A DNA stretch of 64,000 nt from Raillietiella orientalis (lineage: Eukaryota). Under the pieces are notes generated by a model. The model ran no database searches. It was not told the origin of the DNA and saw nothing but the letters and a program-made list of their open reading frames with translations. Every line of letters starts with the position of its first letter. Position 1 is the first letter of the stretch. Made by a program: the position numbers and the translations under genes. The stretch is from the NCBI GenBank assembly GCA_036172245.1, contig JAYWIR010000009.1, forward strand, positions 3,162,001 to 3,226,000. Reading direction: 5' to 3'. Shown here in pieces: positions 12,354 to 23,289 of the stretch.

Positions 12354-12925
12354 CTTCCGAGAGGCTGTCGTAATACGAACCCTGAAACGGACGAGAAGAG
12401 GAGGAGCTCGAAGGAGGGCGACCGGGGTCAGCGCGGGTCGCGCACGCCCGGCTCCGGCTGGTTGGCTAGAGGGCTTGCAGAGAGGAAGGTCACCACCTTC
12501 AGACCCAGGATTGCCGGGCTTGCCATCTGCTCGACTCCCGGAGCGCAGGGCAGGCGAAGCCCTGGGTTCTGCGCACTCAGAAGAGGAGGAGGAAGGGAAG
12601 AGAAGGAGGAGAGGAGATGAGGGGGAGTGCGGGATTCTCCCCATTCCCTCGACTTCCCTGTCTTCCCCTCATCCGTCATGGCGGTCGGGCTTACCTGGAC
12701 AGGCGCCACGTCCATCTGCAGCATCCGCGGAAAGCGAGGAAGACAGATGCGGGCCCCGCTACAGCCTCCGACTCACGCACGGCGAATGGACCGCGGGTGC
12801 TCGCGTCGGCCGCCGCCGGCACGAACCCTGCGCGGCGGTGCCTGGCCGAGGGGAGAAGACGCGCAGGCGCGCTCGCGAAGGGGGGCATCGATTTTCAGGC
12901 GACAGACGCCGCCGCCGCCGCAGCC

Positions 12926-12997
12926 GTCGCCTTGGTGACGGCGAGCGCGCCCTCACGCCCGCGCAAGTTCTGCCTCCTGACGTCACCCCAGCAGATG
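12926..12997. promoter_or_regulatory. Candidate PC2 proximal promoter: X-box-like site, full CRE, E-box
   Basis: GTCGCCTTGGTGAC 12926-12939, TGACGTCA 12978-12985 and CAGATG 12992-12997 lie just upstream of a minus-strand donor CAG|GTAAG (exon end 12695) of a probable 5' UTR exon. Confidence 0.5.
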
Positions 12998-14084
12998 GAC
13001 AACTCCATTCCCTCGCCTCCCCTCCCCTCCGGCGGACGCGCGTTCCCCGAGGTCGTCTGTCCTCAGCTTCCCGACGGACCGTTTCCTCTCCCTCCTCCTC
13101 CTCCGCGCTTCCTTTCGCTCCGCCGCTCTTCCTCCTCGGCAGGCCGCGCACGCGCAGCTAGCGAGGGCGGGCTGAGAGAGGACTCGGTCCATTTGGTCGG
13201 CCGTCTTTTCTTCCCCCTTACTCGTGCCCACAGTGCAGACCATTGAGGCGAAGAGACCATTGAGGAGACGGAGACTCCTACCCCAGGGACCTTCTCCTTC
13301 CGCTAAGGGGAGCGGCTGCTCCGCCCGCCGCAGAAGTAGGCGCGCCGGGCTGCGCCGACCGCCCTCGAAGGCACCATCGGCAGTGACCCCACCCACCACC
13401 GCAGCCGACGTCCACGGAGTGAGGAGTGGCCCACGGCTCCTCGCTTCGAAAGGACCCGTGTCGGGAAGCCGGACCGAACTTCATCCCGGTCGTCACGGGG
13501 ACGACAAGGAAGCCGACCCGGGTCAGAGAGACGGGGAACCCCAGGGAAGCGTGACTGCCGAGTCTGCTGACGCAGAGGGAGGCCCCCCACCGCGCTTCGC
13601 GTCAGAAGAGCTGCTTTTCTCCCTCCTTTTCTGATCCCTTTCCTTCTGGACCGGGACCACTCTCCGACGTCGACGTCGACGATCTCGAAGATGGCGGCGG
13701 CGGCATTTGTGTGCATGCCCGTGGCAACCCTGCTTCCAGGATTTCGTTTCCCGCGAAACCGCTTTGCCCGGCAAACGTGCTGCACAGCAGCCTCCCGTGG
13801 TGGGCGGAAGCTTGCTCTCCCCTGATGGCTTCCGAGGCGTCGTACCCACTGCTCTGTGAGCGAAAGGAAGGCTTCCCGAACGGTCGCCGTTCGAAGAACG
13901 GTTCTTGCAGACACTCCCTGCTGCGGGAGTGGGACCGTCGAGAATTCACTCGCTGTTTCCAACATTTTGCGTTCTTCGGAGGGAAGTTCATCCGGCGTTG
14001 CATCTGCTAACAGCAACGGATCGCCGAGGTTCCGCGGAGTTGAGCACTTCCAGACAAAGATCATTCCAGAATCGAAGGACAGAG

Positions 14085-15841
14085 AGAGAGAGAGAAGAAG
14101 AGCAATGTGAAATGAAGGAAAATGGAAGATGGGATGGCGCATGGGGATGGCAAGACCAGCTTCATTATGAGCTGACAAATCTCTTGGAGGAAGAAGTGGA
14201 CCGTGCATGCATCTTTTCTGTTCCTTCCTGCCGGGTGCCATTTTCTGCACCTCCATCCACATAATGAATCGCCGCTGTCCCACTACTGTCATTGTCATCA
14301 GTTTCGGGTCATTTGTCCCAGATGATCTGCAGGCTCTGCGCTTGCGAGAAACATCCAGAAGTTTGCAAAGGATCCGCAGGAGGTCAAAGGAATCCAGGAG
14401 CGTAAATTGGATGTAACTCATCATCGCTTAAGAAAAAGATGGGAATTTGTCATTATGGATACGATTTGCGGAGAGAGCCTTCTGCCATGTCATCGAAAAC
14501 AACCGATTTAATTGCATTCTGCCTCATTGGACTCGAGGTGTTTGTCTCCGTATTCCGGTCCATTAAGCGCATTGGCAACAGCAGCATGCGGAAAGTAGCA
14601 AAGAAGGGATGCTGGCCAGCATTTTGTCGAAGCTCACAGCAGCGAGCACGGAGCTCCAGGAATCCATCTGGCCACGGCTCGATCGAATGCATGCAACTTT
14701 TCCGCCCACGTGCTGTCAACCACAAGAAATCCACAAGTGGCGCTTCCGCAGCTGTGCGACCCGGCACGACCCACGAAGAACTGCCCGCCCTGTGGCCTCA
14801 AAGAAAACCTGCAGGTGCCCTTGAGTTTCTTCGGGTAACGACGCTGGTGCCCGGAAAAGAGAAATGGACCCTTTCCTGCCCTCTCGATTTCACACCCTCT
14901 GGAGACTACCAGGGGGATGCGGATGCCATTCCCAGCACAAGTTCAGCAATGCCCGAACGTTTTCCGCGCCTGTGACCCCTCAGGGTGACAATGGATGGGA
15001 ATTGGCCGTCCTAAAAGATGATAGCGGACTCATGAAGAGGATGCTTGCAGTCTGATTTGATGTCCCGCCCTCAGATGTCTTCTCCCGGTCAGCAAGCATT
15101 CTGTGGTCATGTGTGAATGGCCGTAGAAAGGGCTTCCTGGATTTTCTGGATTTCCATCCAGACACCGAAAGCACGACGGAGGTCGACAGCATTTCAATGC
15201 AGTGCAGATGCAGGCAAATGGTTAATGCAGGATGAGCGAATTGCAACGAATCTCCTGGAGCTTGTGGCCATATGGCAGGTAGCATTGGCAGAATCTTGGC
15301 CAGCATTTTCCGCTCGCTTGACGATCAGCTGCAAGAAGCACCGTCTCACATCTGATGCTTCAGCACATCTGTTGCGCATCAAACCTCATCTTGCAAGTGG
15401 ATGCAGGACATTTTTTCTCGTTGATTCTCTTTGCCTCTCTGTACGCAGACCACGACTTTTGCAGTTTTGCAATTCCTCTATGTATGAAAATGCCAAACGA
15501 TTCCTTCAGCAGCTGCAAACAACAGGATCTCGGTATTCCTTCTTCCTTGCACACTGTGGCTATGAGGCAATGTCTTCGGATCTAAGTGGACGAGGGTAGC
15601 ACTCTCGTGGACAAGTTCCCTCAACGGATGCTGTTTCTCTGATCGAACATCTCCTACATTGCTCTCATGGGCGAAGGACTAACCTTCCCTAACCCCCCTA
15701 CCTACTTGCCCTTCTCATACAGAGAGGAATTGCGGCTGCAGCGATCTGATCGCACGTGGGGTCTCGCTGCTTCTTGCAGCCAAAGAATTCACCAACACTG
15801 ATGAATGTTACCTTGTGACCTCTTACAACAGGTGTTGCCAT
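14085..15841 (-). pseudogene. Disabled tandem paralog of the adjacent ionotropic receptor
   Basis: Colinear peptide remnants in different frames: SVGEFFGCKKQRDPTCDQIAAA vs SVGEFLVCKKGHDHTYRQIAAA; CIEMLSTSVVLSVSGWKSRKSR vs CILALEKKMTDIAIGGFWARESR; LSSFRT vs IESFDT; LLLPMRLMDRNTE vs LLLTLRLMEDSVE; FIMWMEV vs LVFFLET. Many stops and frameshifts; left boundary approximate. Confidence 0.72.
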
Positions 15842-16134
15842 CACCAACGAAGCTAATCTCAATCTCGGTAGCTCATCTGTTCTGCGAGTTATCAACTATA
15901 CGCAGAGCCGAAACGGACTAGGGAAGTACGAAGGGCAGAAACCCCCGACTACCCTTAAAAAAGCAATCTGAGTAAATCGAACCGTTTCCCATAGGCAAAG
16001 AGGGCATTTATTTCATTGAAGTTCTTGGGCACTGCAAGTTCCATTCGCGGCCATCACCGTTCGAATAGGAGAATTTGATGGCCTTTACCGTCAGTTGATG
16101 CCCTCTGGACAGTGGCCTGTGCTGCGAACGTTCA

Positions 16135-17892
16135 TTACTGTTGTAAACAAAAGGAAACCTCTGGACAAGAACATGCCTTCCGTGGAAGACTATCCTGCAG
16201 AGGGGGCGAGTGAACGGCTCGGGACTGGAGCCTTTCTTTTGAGATCTTAAACCTTCTGATGTACGCACTGCGTAAGGTGCTCACTGTCTCCAAAAAAAAC
16301 ACCAAAATGGAGATCATGGAAGCAAAGACAGCTATGCACTGGAGCTGCAGTGACTTCAGTGAGTAAAATTGATTCTTGAAATGCATCACTTTCTCCTGGG
16401 AAAGGATTGCGTTCTCTTCTCGTCTTTCGGAAGAGACGTGATAATCGATAAATCCCGACTCGAGCATCTGTGTCAGCACAGGTTCGAAAGCTTCTTTCAG
16501 ATGCTTCCGGGTGCTCGTGTAAATGCCCGCCTGTGCTACCAGGAAGGCCCTCTTGGCTAGATAGAAAGACTGGGCACTTTCCACGCTATCCTCCATGAGT
16601 CTAAGCGTTAGCAGCAAAAAGTCTCTTGACACCAGTAGCGCAAACCGGTCCTTTTCGGTCTTCATTTTTTGCAATGCGCCCGCAAGGGTCAAGTTTCTAT
16701 CGCTCAGTCGATAACCCATGAGACGCAAATGTTCCCTATACCTAGTATGAACAAACAGAAACTCGAGATTGCCTTTTTTGATATCTCTGATGTCGTCAAC
16801 AAATTGGAAACAATTCTCTTTTAACATGATAGGTGACAAGTATGCTGTAGATAAGGAAGAAATAACAAGGAGGTACCATGCGGAAGCGAGCAATGCAAAT
16901 TTGTAGGTTCGCCGCGTCCTCCGCTTTCGATCTTCTTGGCTCGGTGGCGCGAGAAGAAGATGGAATATCCAGAGATGTGGTCTGTTGCTGCGCTTGCCAG
17001 GGAGTCTCGAAGAAGCTCGCAGAGAAATCCACAATAACAAGACAACCCCACCCATCCCCAACCACACGGAGGTGTCGAAACTCTCGATGAAAGAGTAAAG
17101 GGACACTTCGCAGGTGTCGTTCCACGTGGGAGCCGTGATGATGTCCACGTACTGGACATACAGAATCTTCGACAGCTGCACTTCGGGACTCCGCAGACGT
17201 GACTCACGAGCCCAAAACCCTCCTATGGCAATGTCGGTCATTTTTTTCTCCAGTGCCAAAATGCAGAGTTCCCAAAAGTAAATGTCGTGCACGTTGGTTT
17301 GCACGACCACCGTGTAAGTGAAATTGAGCCTTTCGGCTAAGAATTCTATGATTTTCATGTCGATGCCACCGAATTTGCCTTCTTCAGTGATGAAAAAGTA
17401 AGGTTTGAAGAGCACTGCGCATATGTGGAATTTCTGTCCCTGAAAATTTTGGAATCTTCCCATCGCCGCAGGGCGGGTCAGCGTCTTCGGATCCGATTGA
17501 GGTGGGAGGTCGGCTGTGTTCCCTCGACTGCCAGTCTTGAGCAAGCCGTGCGTCGACCAGAGCGCCTGGTGCCGTTGCGGACGCTGTGCAGATGGCTGGT
17601 CCGTGAGTTCATTGGCGAAGATGGCGTAAAGCGATTTCATCTCTGTGGACTTGGGGAAGCCCTCGAAGTTACATCCTACTGAGCTGAAGTGTTCGAACTC
17701 TGGAAGGACGTCGGTGTTGTTCGCGAACAAACACTTCAGGGACGAGAACACGGTTCTGCTGCTGTTTCTGACAGCTGCAGCGATCTGACGGTAGGTGTGA
17801 TCGTGACCCTTCTTGCACACAAGGAATTCACCAACACTGCACAAAAGCACCAAACGCAGGGATGCAACAGGGATGCCCAGTTTCTGATGCAT
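16135..17892 (-). CDS. Intronless divergent ionotropic receptor (IR, iGluR-related chemoreceptor), ~585 aa
   Basis: First ATG at 17892 (the ORF track starts at an upstream TTG). Signal-like N-terminus; S1 KPYFF..GGIDMKIIEFLAERLNFTY..DIAIGG..R; M1 SFDTSVWLG; M3 WYLLVISSLSTAYLS; S2 QMLESGFIDY; terminal TM ..LVFFLE. Confidence 0.9.
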   Translation of the reverse strand: MHQKLGIPVASLRLVLLCSVGEFLVCKKGHDHTYRQIAAAVRNSSRTVFSSLKCLFANNTDVLPEFEHFSSVGCNFEGFPKSTEMKSLYAIFANELTDQPSAQRPQRHQALWSTHGLLKTGSRGNTADLPPQSDPKTLTRPAAMGRFQNFQGQKFHICAVLFKPYFFITEEGKFGGIDMKIIEFLAERLNFTYTVVVQTNVHDIYFWELCILALEKKMTDIAIGGFWARESRLRSPEVQLSKILYVQYVDIITAPTWNDTCEVSLYSFIESFDTSVWLGMGGVVLLLWISLRASSRLPGKRSNRPHLWIFHLLLAPPSQEDRKRRTRRTYKFALLASAWYLLVISSLSTAYLSPIMLKENCFQFVDDIRDIKKGNLEFLFVHTRYREHLRLMGYRLSDRNLTLAGALQKMKTEKDRFALLVSRDFLLLTLRLMEDSVESAQSFYLAKRAFLVAQAGIYTSTRKHLKEAFEPVLTQMLESGFIDYHVSSERREENAILSQEKVMHFKNQFYSLKSLQLQCIAVFASMISILVFFLETVSTLRSAYIRRFKISKERLQSRAVHSPPLQDSLPRKACSCPEVSFCLQQ

Positions 17893-19462
17893 CGCGGAGA
17901 TCACCGATTCCACTCGTTCGAATCCGCCCCCTGAGCGAGCACCAGGGTGCAGCCTCGTCTTGCGAGGTGTCTTTCCTGAGTATTCAGTGCGCAAGCGCTG
18001 CTGGCACAACTGGCGAGTGCCTCCTGCGCTGCAGGTGCGCGAATCGCAAACGATGGCGCTCAATTATTAACACGAAGGATATGCCTGCGCCTATAAAATA
18101 TGCAAACTACGGCCGTTCCTTCTGCGGGAAGTACGTCCGGCGAGTGGCGCTCCCATCGGCGGCGCGACGGCATTCGATGCACGTCCTGATTTACGGCTGC
18201 GTTTCATAATTCAAAAGGCATCATCTTCGGGCGTTCCCAATTACAAATTTCCCTGGGCAGCCTCACAATCCAAGCAACCTTTGAGATTTATTTGGTCAAG
18301 GAATGAAGGACGTGAATTATTCAGGCTCCGAGACATCGGCACCCACGATCGCTCGCGGGCTGCCGTTCTCGGGCGCGCGCCGAGGGCAGCAGCATCCCCG
18401 CGGCTGGCCTCCGAGAGGCACCCCTCCTTCGAGACGTTCCCGTTTGCTGTCCCTTGCCGGCGTCTCCCTTTTCAGCATCCACTGTCCCCGCCGCGTGCGC
18501 CGTAAGACTCTTCCGCCACCACGTCTTGCTCGCGACGCGGGCCTTCCGCCGCCGAGGGCGGAGAACAAACTTCCGGAACGATCGATCTCGGATTCTCCGG
18601 GGGTCATCGGGATTTTCCTCAGCCCTCCTCGTGCCCTCCGGAGGAGAACGCGGGACGTGCAGCCGCGTGCACCGAGCGGGGGTTGCGCCCCATTGCGTCA
18701 ACGTCAATCCGCTCTGTCAGCCTTCCACTGCGATCGCTTTTTTGCCCCGCTTTTGCGTTTCGCACGCTCGAGGGAGGGAAGGGGCGAGGGGACGGGGAGG
18801 GAAAGGAAGCTGATGAAAGAGGTGGAGGAGATCCGTGGACCTTAATTGGGAGGGCAATCCGCGATTGGACTGTCCCTGTAATTATTTTCTGCAAACTGTG
18901 AAGAATGAGGGCTGCGAATGGAGAGGGCGAAAAGGGCGCAAGCGGACATGTTGCTCTGATTGAATAAGCCCTGGTGTTGTCCCCGAAGGCGGACGGAGGG
19001 AAAGTGAGAGGCTGCGCTCGCTCGCGTTGATGGCGACTCGAGTGCTGCCCACTCGGGGTCCTCGTTTCGTGTCGGGCTCCGCCGACACAGGCAACCACTT
19101 GGACCGATGGCGTAGGATGGTCCTGGATGCATGCTGACTTGATGGCAGCAATCCTCCCTCCCTCAGACCTCGCACGACGCCAGCCAATGCGCAAAAGACC
19201 CACATCGCCTCCCGACCTGCAGGGAATCGATACAGGGCAGACCCATGCGAGCAGGGGGGAGGGGGAGGAATGGAGCAGATAAACCGAGGCGAAGAGACAG
19301 CGAGAGCAACAGGAAGTAGCAGAGCTGGGGGCCCAGTCCGCCCACACCTGCAGTCTCCGTCTGGAGCGTGGTTACGGCACGCCAACGGAGGCCTCACGCA
19401 TGAGGATGTGGCAATCTGCACGGATAGTACTAGGATCAGAGTATGAGGATGCTATGTATGCG

Positions 19463-19549
19463 TTCCAGGACGTGGGGATGAGATGCAGGCATTCGAGGAT
19501 CTAGGGATGAGGTGGAGATGTTCGAGAACAAGGGGATGAGATGGAGGAG
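19463..19549 (+). repeat. Degenerate 29-bp minisatellite, 3 copies
   Basis: Units start at 19463, 19492 and 19521 (TTCSAG..GGGATGAGRTG). Confidence 0.75.
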
Positions 19550-21431
19550 TGGAGATACGTGAGGATTTGAGTCTTGAAGCGATGCTGGAGGGAGGTTCCT
19601 TCTTTCGGGAGCTAGGAAGGCTCCTAAGGGCGTGTCTTCCCCGAAGGGGGACCCCGACACCCTACGCCCGCTTCGCAGCGCGGTCTCCACCCTCTGAGTT
19701 CAGGGTTGCCACCTCCGTGTCGCTTCCCTCCCTTCCCCCCTACCCTCATCTTCGCTCCTTCTAGAGGCTGCTCCAGCGGGACGAACCTCCGCCAGCCGGC
19801 GAAAACAGGAAGTAGATCCCCTCTTCCTTGCAGGGGAGGAGACTCGTCCAGAGTTTTTTCCCGAGCATCCCGGTGCTTTCTTCCTCCTCTGACAGGTAAC
19901 AAAGGGGGAAAAAATATCCCGGGGCCGCATCTCACGGGATCGCAGGATAGAATCCACAAGCGGTGCAGCAGGATAACCTGTCCTCTTGCCCTTCTGAGAT
20001 CGTCCGGGAATACCTGCTCCTTCATTGCAAAATTTGATCGATTCCTCCCGCCTGCGTGACGCGGAACCTCGACTTCCGCGGGTCGGACGTGCGCCGGGGA
20101 GGGACGCGGCGGCAGCGCGGTTGCCGGGGATACCCCGTTCTTCCTCGTTCGGATCGGGTAGGCGCGCTCGCTGTTGCTCCCTCCCGCGCCTGCGCCGCGG
20201 CCGACACAGCGCCGGGGAAAGGGAAGGGGGGGACAAAAAGGCTAGAGGAGGGACTTTCCTCCCTCCTGGGTCCCCTCCCTCACGTTTTGCCGCCGGAAGC
20301 CAGCAGCGGGCTTCGAGGCGATCGCGCGTTCGTCTTTCGACGCCCCGGCCGACCGCCAAGGGCGCTGCCATGGTGCCGCGGCCTTACTCCCTCGAAAGCA
20401 CCACCATGACGCGGGCCGAGATCGCGCCTTCCTCCTAGAGTCTGCTCACGGCTCTCCGCTGTTCCGAAGGTGCCCTCTGGACGGCGGTCACGAATCGACA
20501 GCCGGCAGACGGCGGCGGCCCTGTCGGAACGAGTGGTCTGCGGATCACAAACGGCCGGAATTATGTAGGGCTGTCGTCCACTTCTCTGCGCTCGTCCTTT
20601 CAGGCCGGATCCCCGGGGTGTGCACTGCCCAACGGGCCCGAGGACATCCGGGGGAGCCCCATTCGTGATCACCGGAAACGGAAGCATAGCACGGAGGTCA
20701 GCACTTTCCGAGGTGTGGATTTGACCCCGATCGGGTGCTGCAGGGTCTTCCGCCCCCTCACTGCCTGCTCGTCCGACCGAAAGCTCTCGGGCGGCCTGGC
20801 CGATGACTCAAGGTGGAGGGTCGGTCCCTGGCGCGCGGCTGCGACGGATGCTGGCGCTCACCACCTTCTCCTCCGCGTTATTGCGGAAAGATGCCAAGAG
20901 GAGGCGGCGCTGTTCGAACACCACCGATTCCAAGATGGGAGCGCGTCGTATCCGAGCGAGTCCCAATCGCCTTGGCAGCCACGTCCTGGACCGACCCAAC
21001 TGACCTTTGTCGTCCTTGTCTCGACACGCGAATTTGCAGGAAGCGCGTTCCCGTGACGCGCAGGTCGCCACGTTCGCCTCCGGACGTCGCAAAGCACCGT
21101 CTGCGACCGCTCTCGACAAGGGAAGCGAGCGGACGGTTTTTCACCCTGGCTTCCTGGATGCGACCTCAAGGCGACCACGCTCTGCTTTTGAGTGCATCCA
21201 GGGTAGGTGGGGGCGGCGCTTGCAGGGAAACGCGTCGAGAGGAATCCGCTGGGGACTCATCTTCACGTCTTCCTTCAGAACGTCTTCTGCTGACACGAAT
21301 TCTCGCGTTTTCGGGGCACCTAGATGGCCCCCCCCCAAAAACATGAGGACCCTCCTCATTTTGTTTAGGAGATGGGATCCAATCACAACCTGCTTTTGCA
21401 TCCTCCTTCTCTGCACACCGAAAAGCTTTCA

Positions 21432-21646
21432 TGGCACCAAGCGTCGCGGGTTCGAATCCCCCCCGGGGAAGGATCGACGCCGACAAATAGGTACGTCGTA
21501 GGTTTCGAGTCTCCTCAGCAGGATGACGTCGTGGCACCAAGCGTCGCGGGTTCGAAACCCCCCCGGGGAGGGATCAACTCCGAGAAATGGGTGCCTTGTG
21601 GGTTTCGATCCCCACCCCTCCCACCCCCACAGGATGACGCTAGTGG
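21432..21646 (+). repeat. Tandem 100-bp duplication containing tRNA B-box-like motifs (possible SINE relic)
   Basis: TGGCACCAAGCGTCGCGGGTTCGAAWCCCCCCCGGGG at 21432 and 21532; each unit ends CAGGATGACG. Confidence 0.8.
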
Positions 21647-21856
21647 ACTTCGGATGGCTTCGGATCTTTCCCCCGTCGACTGGCTGGGACTGGAAGTCGA
21701 CCTTCCGGGGTCCTTCCAGGAGTCAAGGAGCGCCGGTTCCCTTCGGGGGTTGTTTCCCTCCGGGTGTGAAAATATATCCGCCCATCTCGCTCCATTAAGC
21801 TGGTGGGTTGATGGTACCTCTCCAGAGTGCGAAGAAGCATGTCGCTTCCTTCGGGG

Positions 21857-22775
21857 AGCAGCTGCTGCTGCTTCTCCTCCTCCGCTCGTTTTCGGCGGTT
21901 TTTATGGGATTGCCTCTCCGCCATCTTCCACCACCATCCACGCTTTTCCTCCCCCATCCTCCTCTTCACCAAATGTCGCGCCCGTAGGAGGGATTTAGCA
22001 GCGCCCCTTCGGGATTTCCTTCAAAGGAGGAAACCAGGAGCAGTTCCTTAGCGGGTCCCCTTCAAAGGAGAAACACGGAGCCGCCGGGGAGTCCCTCTGG
22101 AGAGAATAAGGAAGAAGTTCCCTTCGGAGACAACCAGGGCGTAAAAGGGACGGAGTCTTTCCCCCGGAAACCTTCTTGGATTCATAGAAATGTCCCTCCG
22201 GGGTCACCTCGGTGTTCCCTAGAACATGAAGAGTTGTGTGCACCCTCAGGCGGCCCCCCGCAAGGAGGCGAACGGTTCTTCAGCACTTGGTGACCCAAAA
22301 GCTTCCGTGAGGGAACCGTCCCAAGCACGTGGAACCGTAGTCCTCCGCAACCCGTCTTTTCAATTCGTAGACCGCTGCTTTTCGGCGCCTCCATCGATCG
22401 GGTTGTCTCCTTTGCTGCCAGAAAACTTCTCCCTCTGGACCGGTTGTCTGTTGTCTGCCTTTCTTCTTCGCGCGGCAGACGCGGGGACAGATGGATCCAA
22501 ACTGCCACATAAATAATGGAAAGTGCAGCTCGACCGCCATCTCCCATCTTGCAGCCGCCGGCTTTACACAGCCGTTTCTCCATCGAGCGCCGCCGAGCCC
22601 AGCCCTGCCGTGCCACATGGCACACAGCGCGCGTAAGGAGGAGGCACACGTGAGCAGCAGCTGCTGCTACTTCTCCTCCTGCGCTTCGTCTTCGGCAGTT
22701 CACAGGATTGCATCTCCGCCATCTTCCACCACCATCCACGCTCTTCCTCCCCCGTCTTCCTCCTTACCACATTAT
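21857..22775 (+). repeat. Diverged ~120-bp direct repeat pair (~800-bp period)
   Basis: ~21857-21975 and ~22655-22775 share GCAGCTGCTGCT..CTTCTCCTCCT..TCTCCGCCATCTTCCACCACCATCCACGCT. Confidence 0.85.
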
Positions 22776-23289
22776 GGGATGACTGTTGACGCGCCGCACG
22801 TTCGCCGCCTTCCTTCGCGAGCCAGGAAACGTGCGCTTGCTGGAGAGATTGAGGAAACCACGAAGCCACGCATCTTCCGACCATACAGCTGCCCTGGTGG
22901 CAAACAACGACGGTAGTCCACCGTAGGAGCGGGACTTCCGCTGCACCGTTGCAGGGGTCGCTAAACTCCTTCTGAGCAGCCGGAAGACGAGCGAGTCTGA
23001 GGACGCCGCCACTCCTGGGCCAACGTCCTGTCTTTTCCCACGGCCGACGCCAACGACCCCTGCATTTTCCCGTCCATTCCGCACTCGAGGTCCCGGGAGC
23101 AGAGACTTCTTCGGCGGAGAGGACTTTAGAGTGCACCTGAACTCGTGGAGCCTCTCCCGTGTGTGTGAACAGTCCGGTGTTCCCCTTCAGGCTGCGACGG
23201 GATGCCGTCTCCGTGCCACCGCAGCTCGTCCGCCACGCACTTTAGTCTCGAGCGCAGTAAAGGGAGAAACAGCCAGCGTAACAGCCGTC

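Noticed and set aside
13303..14424. 373-aa minus-strand ORF as an independent gene
   Set aside because: Its start matches the C-terminal remnant of the IR pseudogene; the rest is non-homologous read-through
15117..15599. GKWLMQDERIATNLLELVAIW resembling DIRS RNase H
   Set aside because: No flanking DAS/DN motifs, RT or recombinase; the opposite strand is better explained as the IR pseudogene
17893..18063. N-terminal extension of the IR in the ORF track
   Set aside because: It starts at TTG; the first ATG (17892) gives a signal-like N-terminus and matches the paralog's start
18091..18098. CTATAAAA TATA box
   Set aside because: It is on the plus strand, facing away from the IR, and no downstream gene was recognised
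21432..21646. tRNA gene or CRISPR-like array
   Set aside because: No cloverleaf; only two units, inter-repeat sequences are homologous, and the context is eukaryotic with no cas genes
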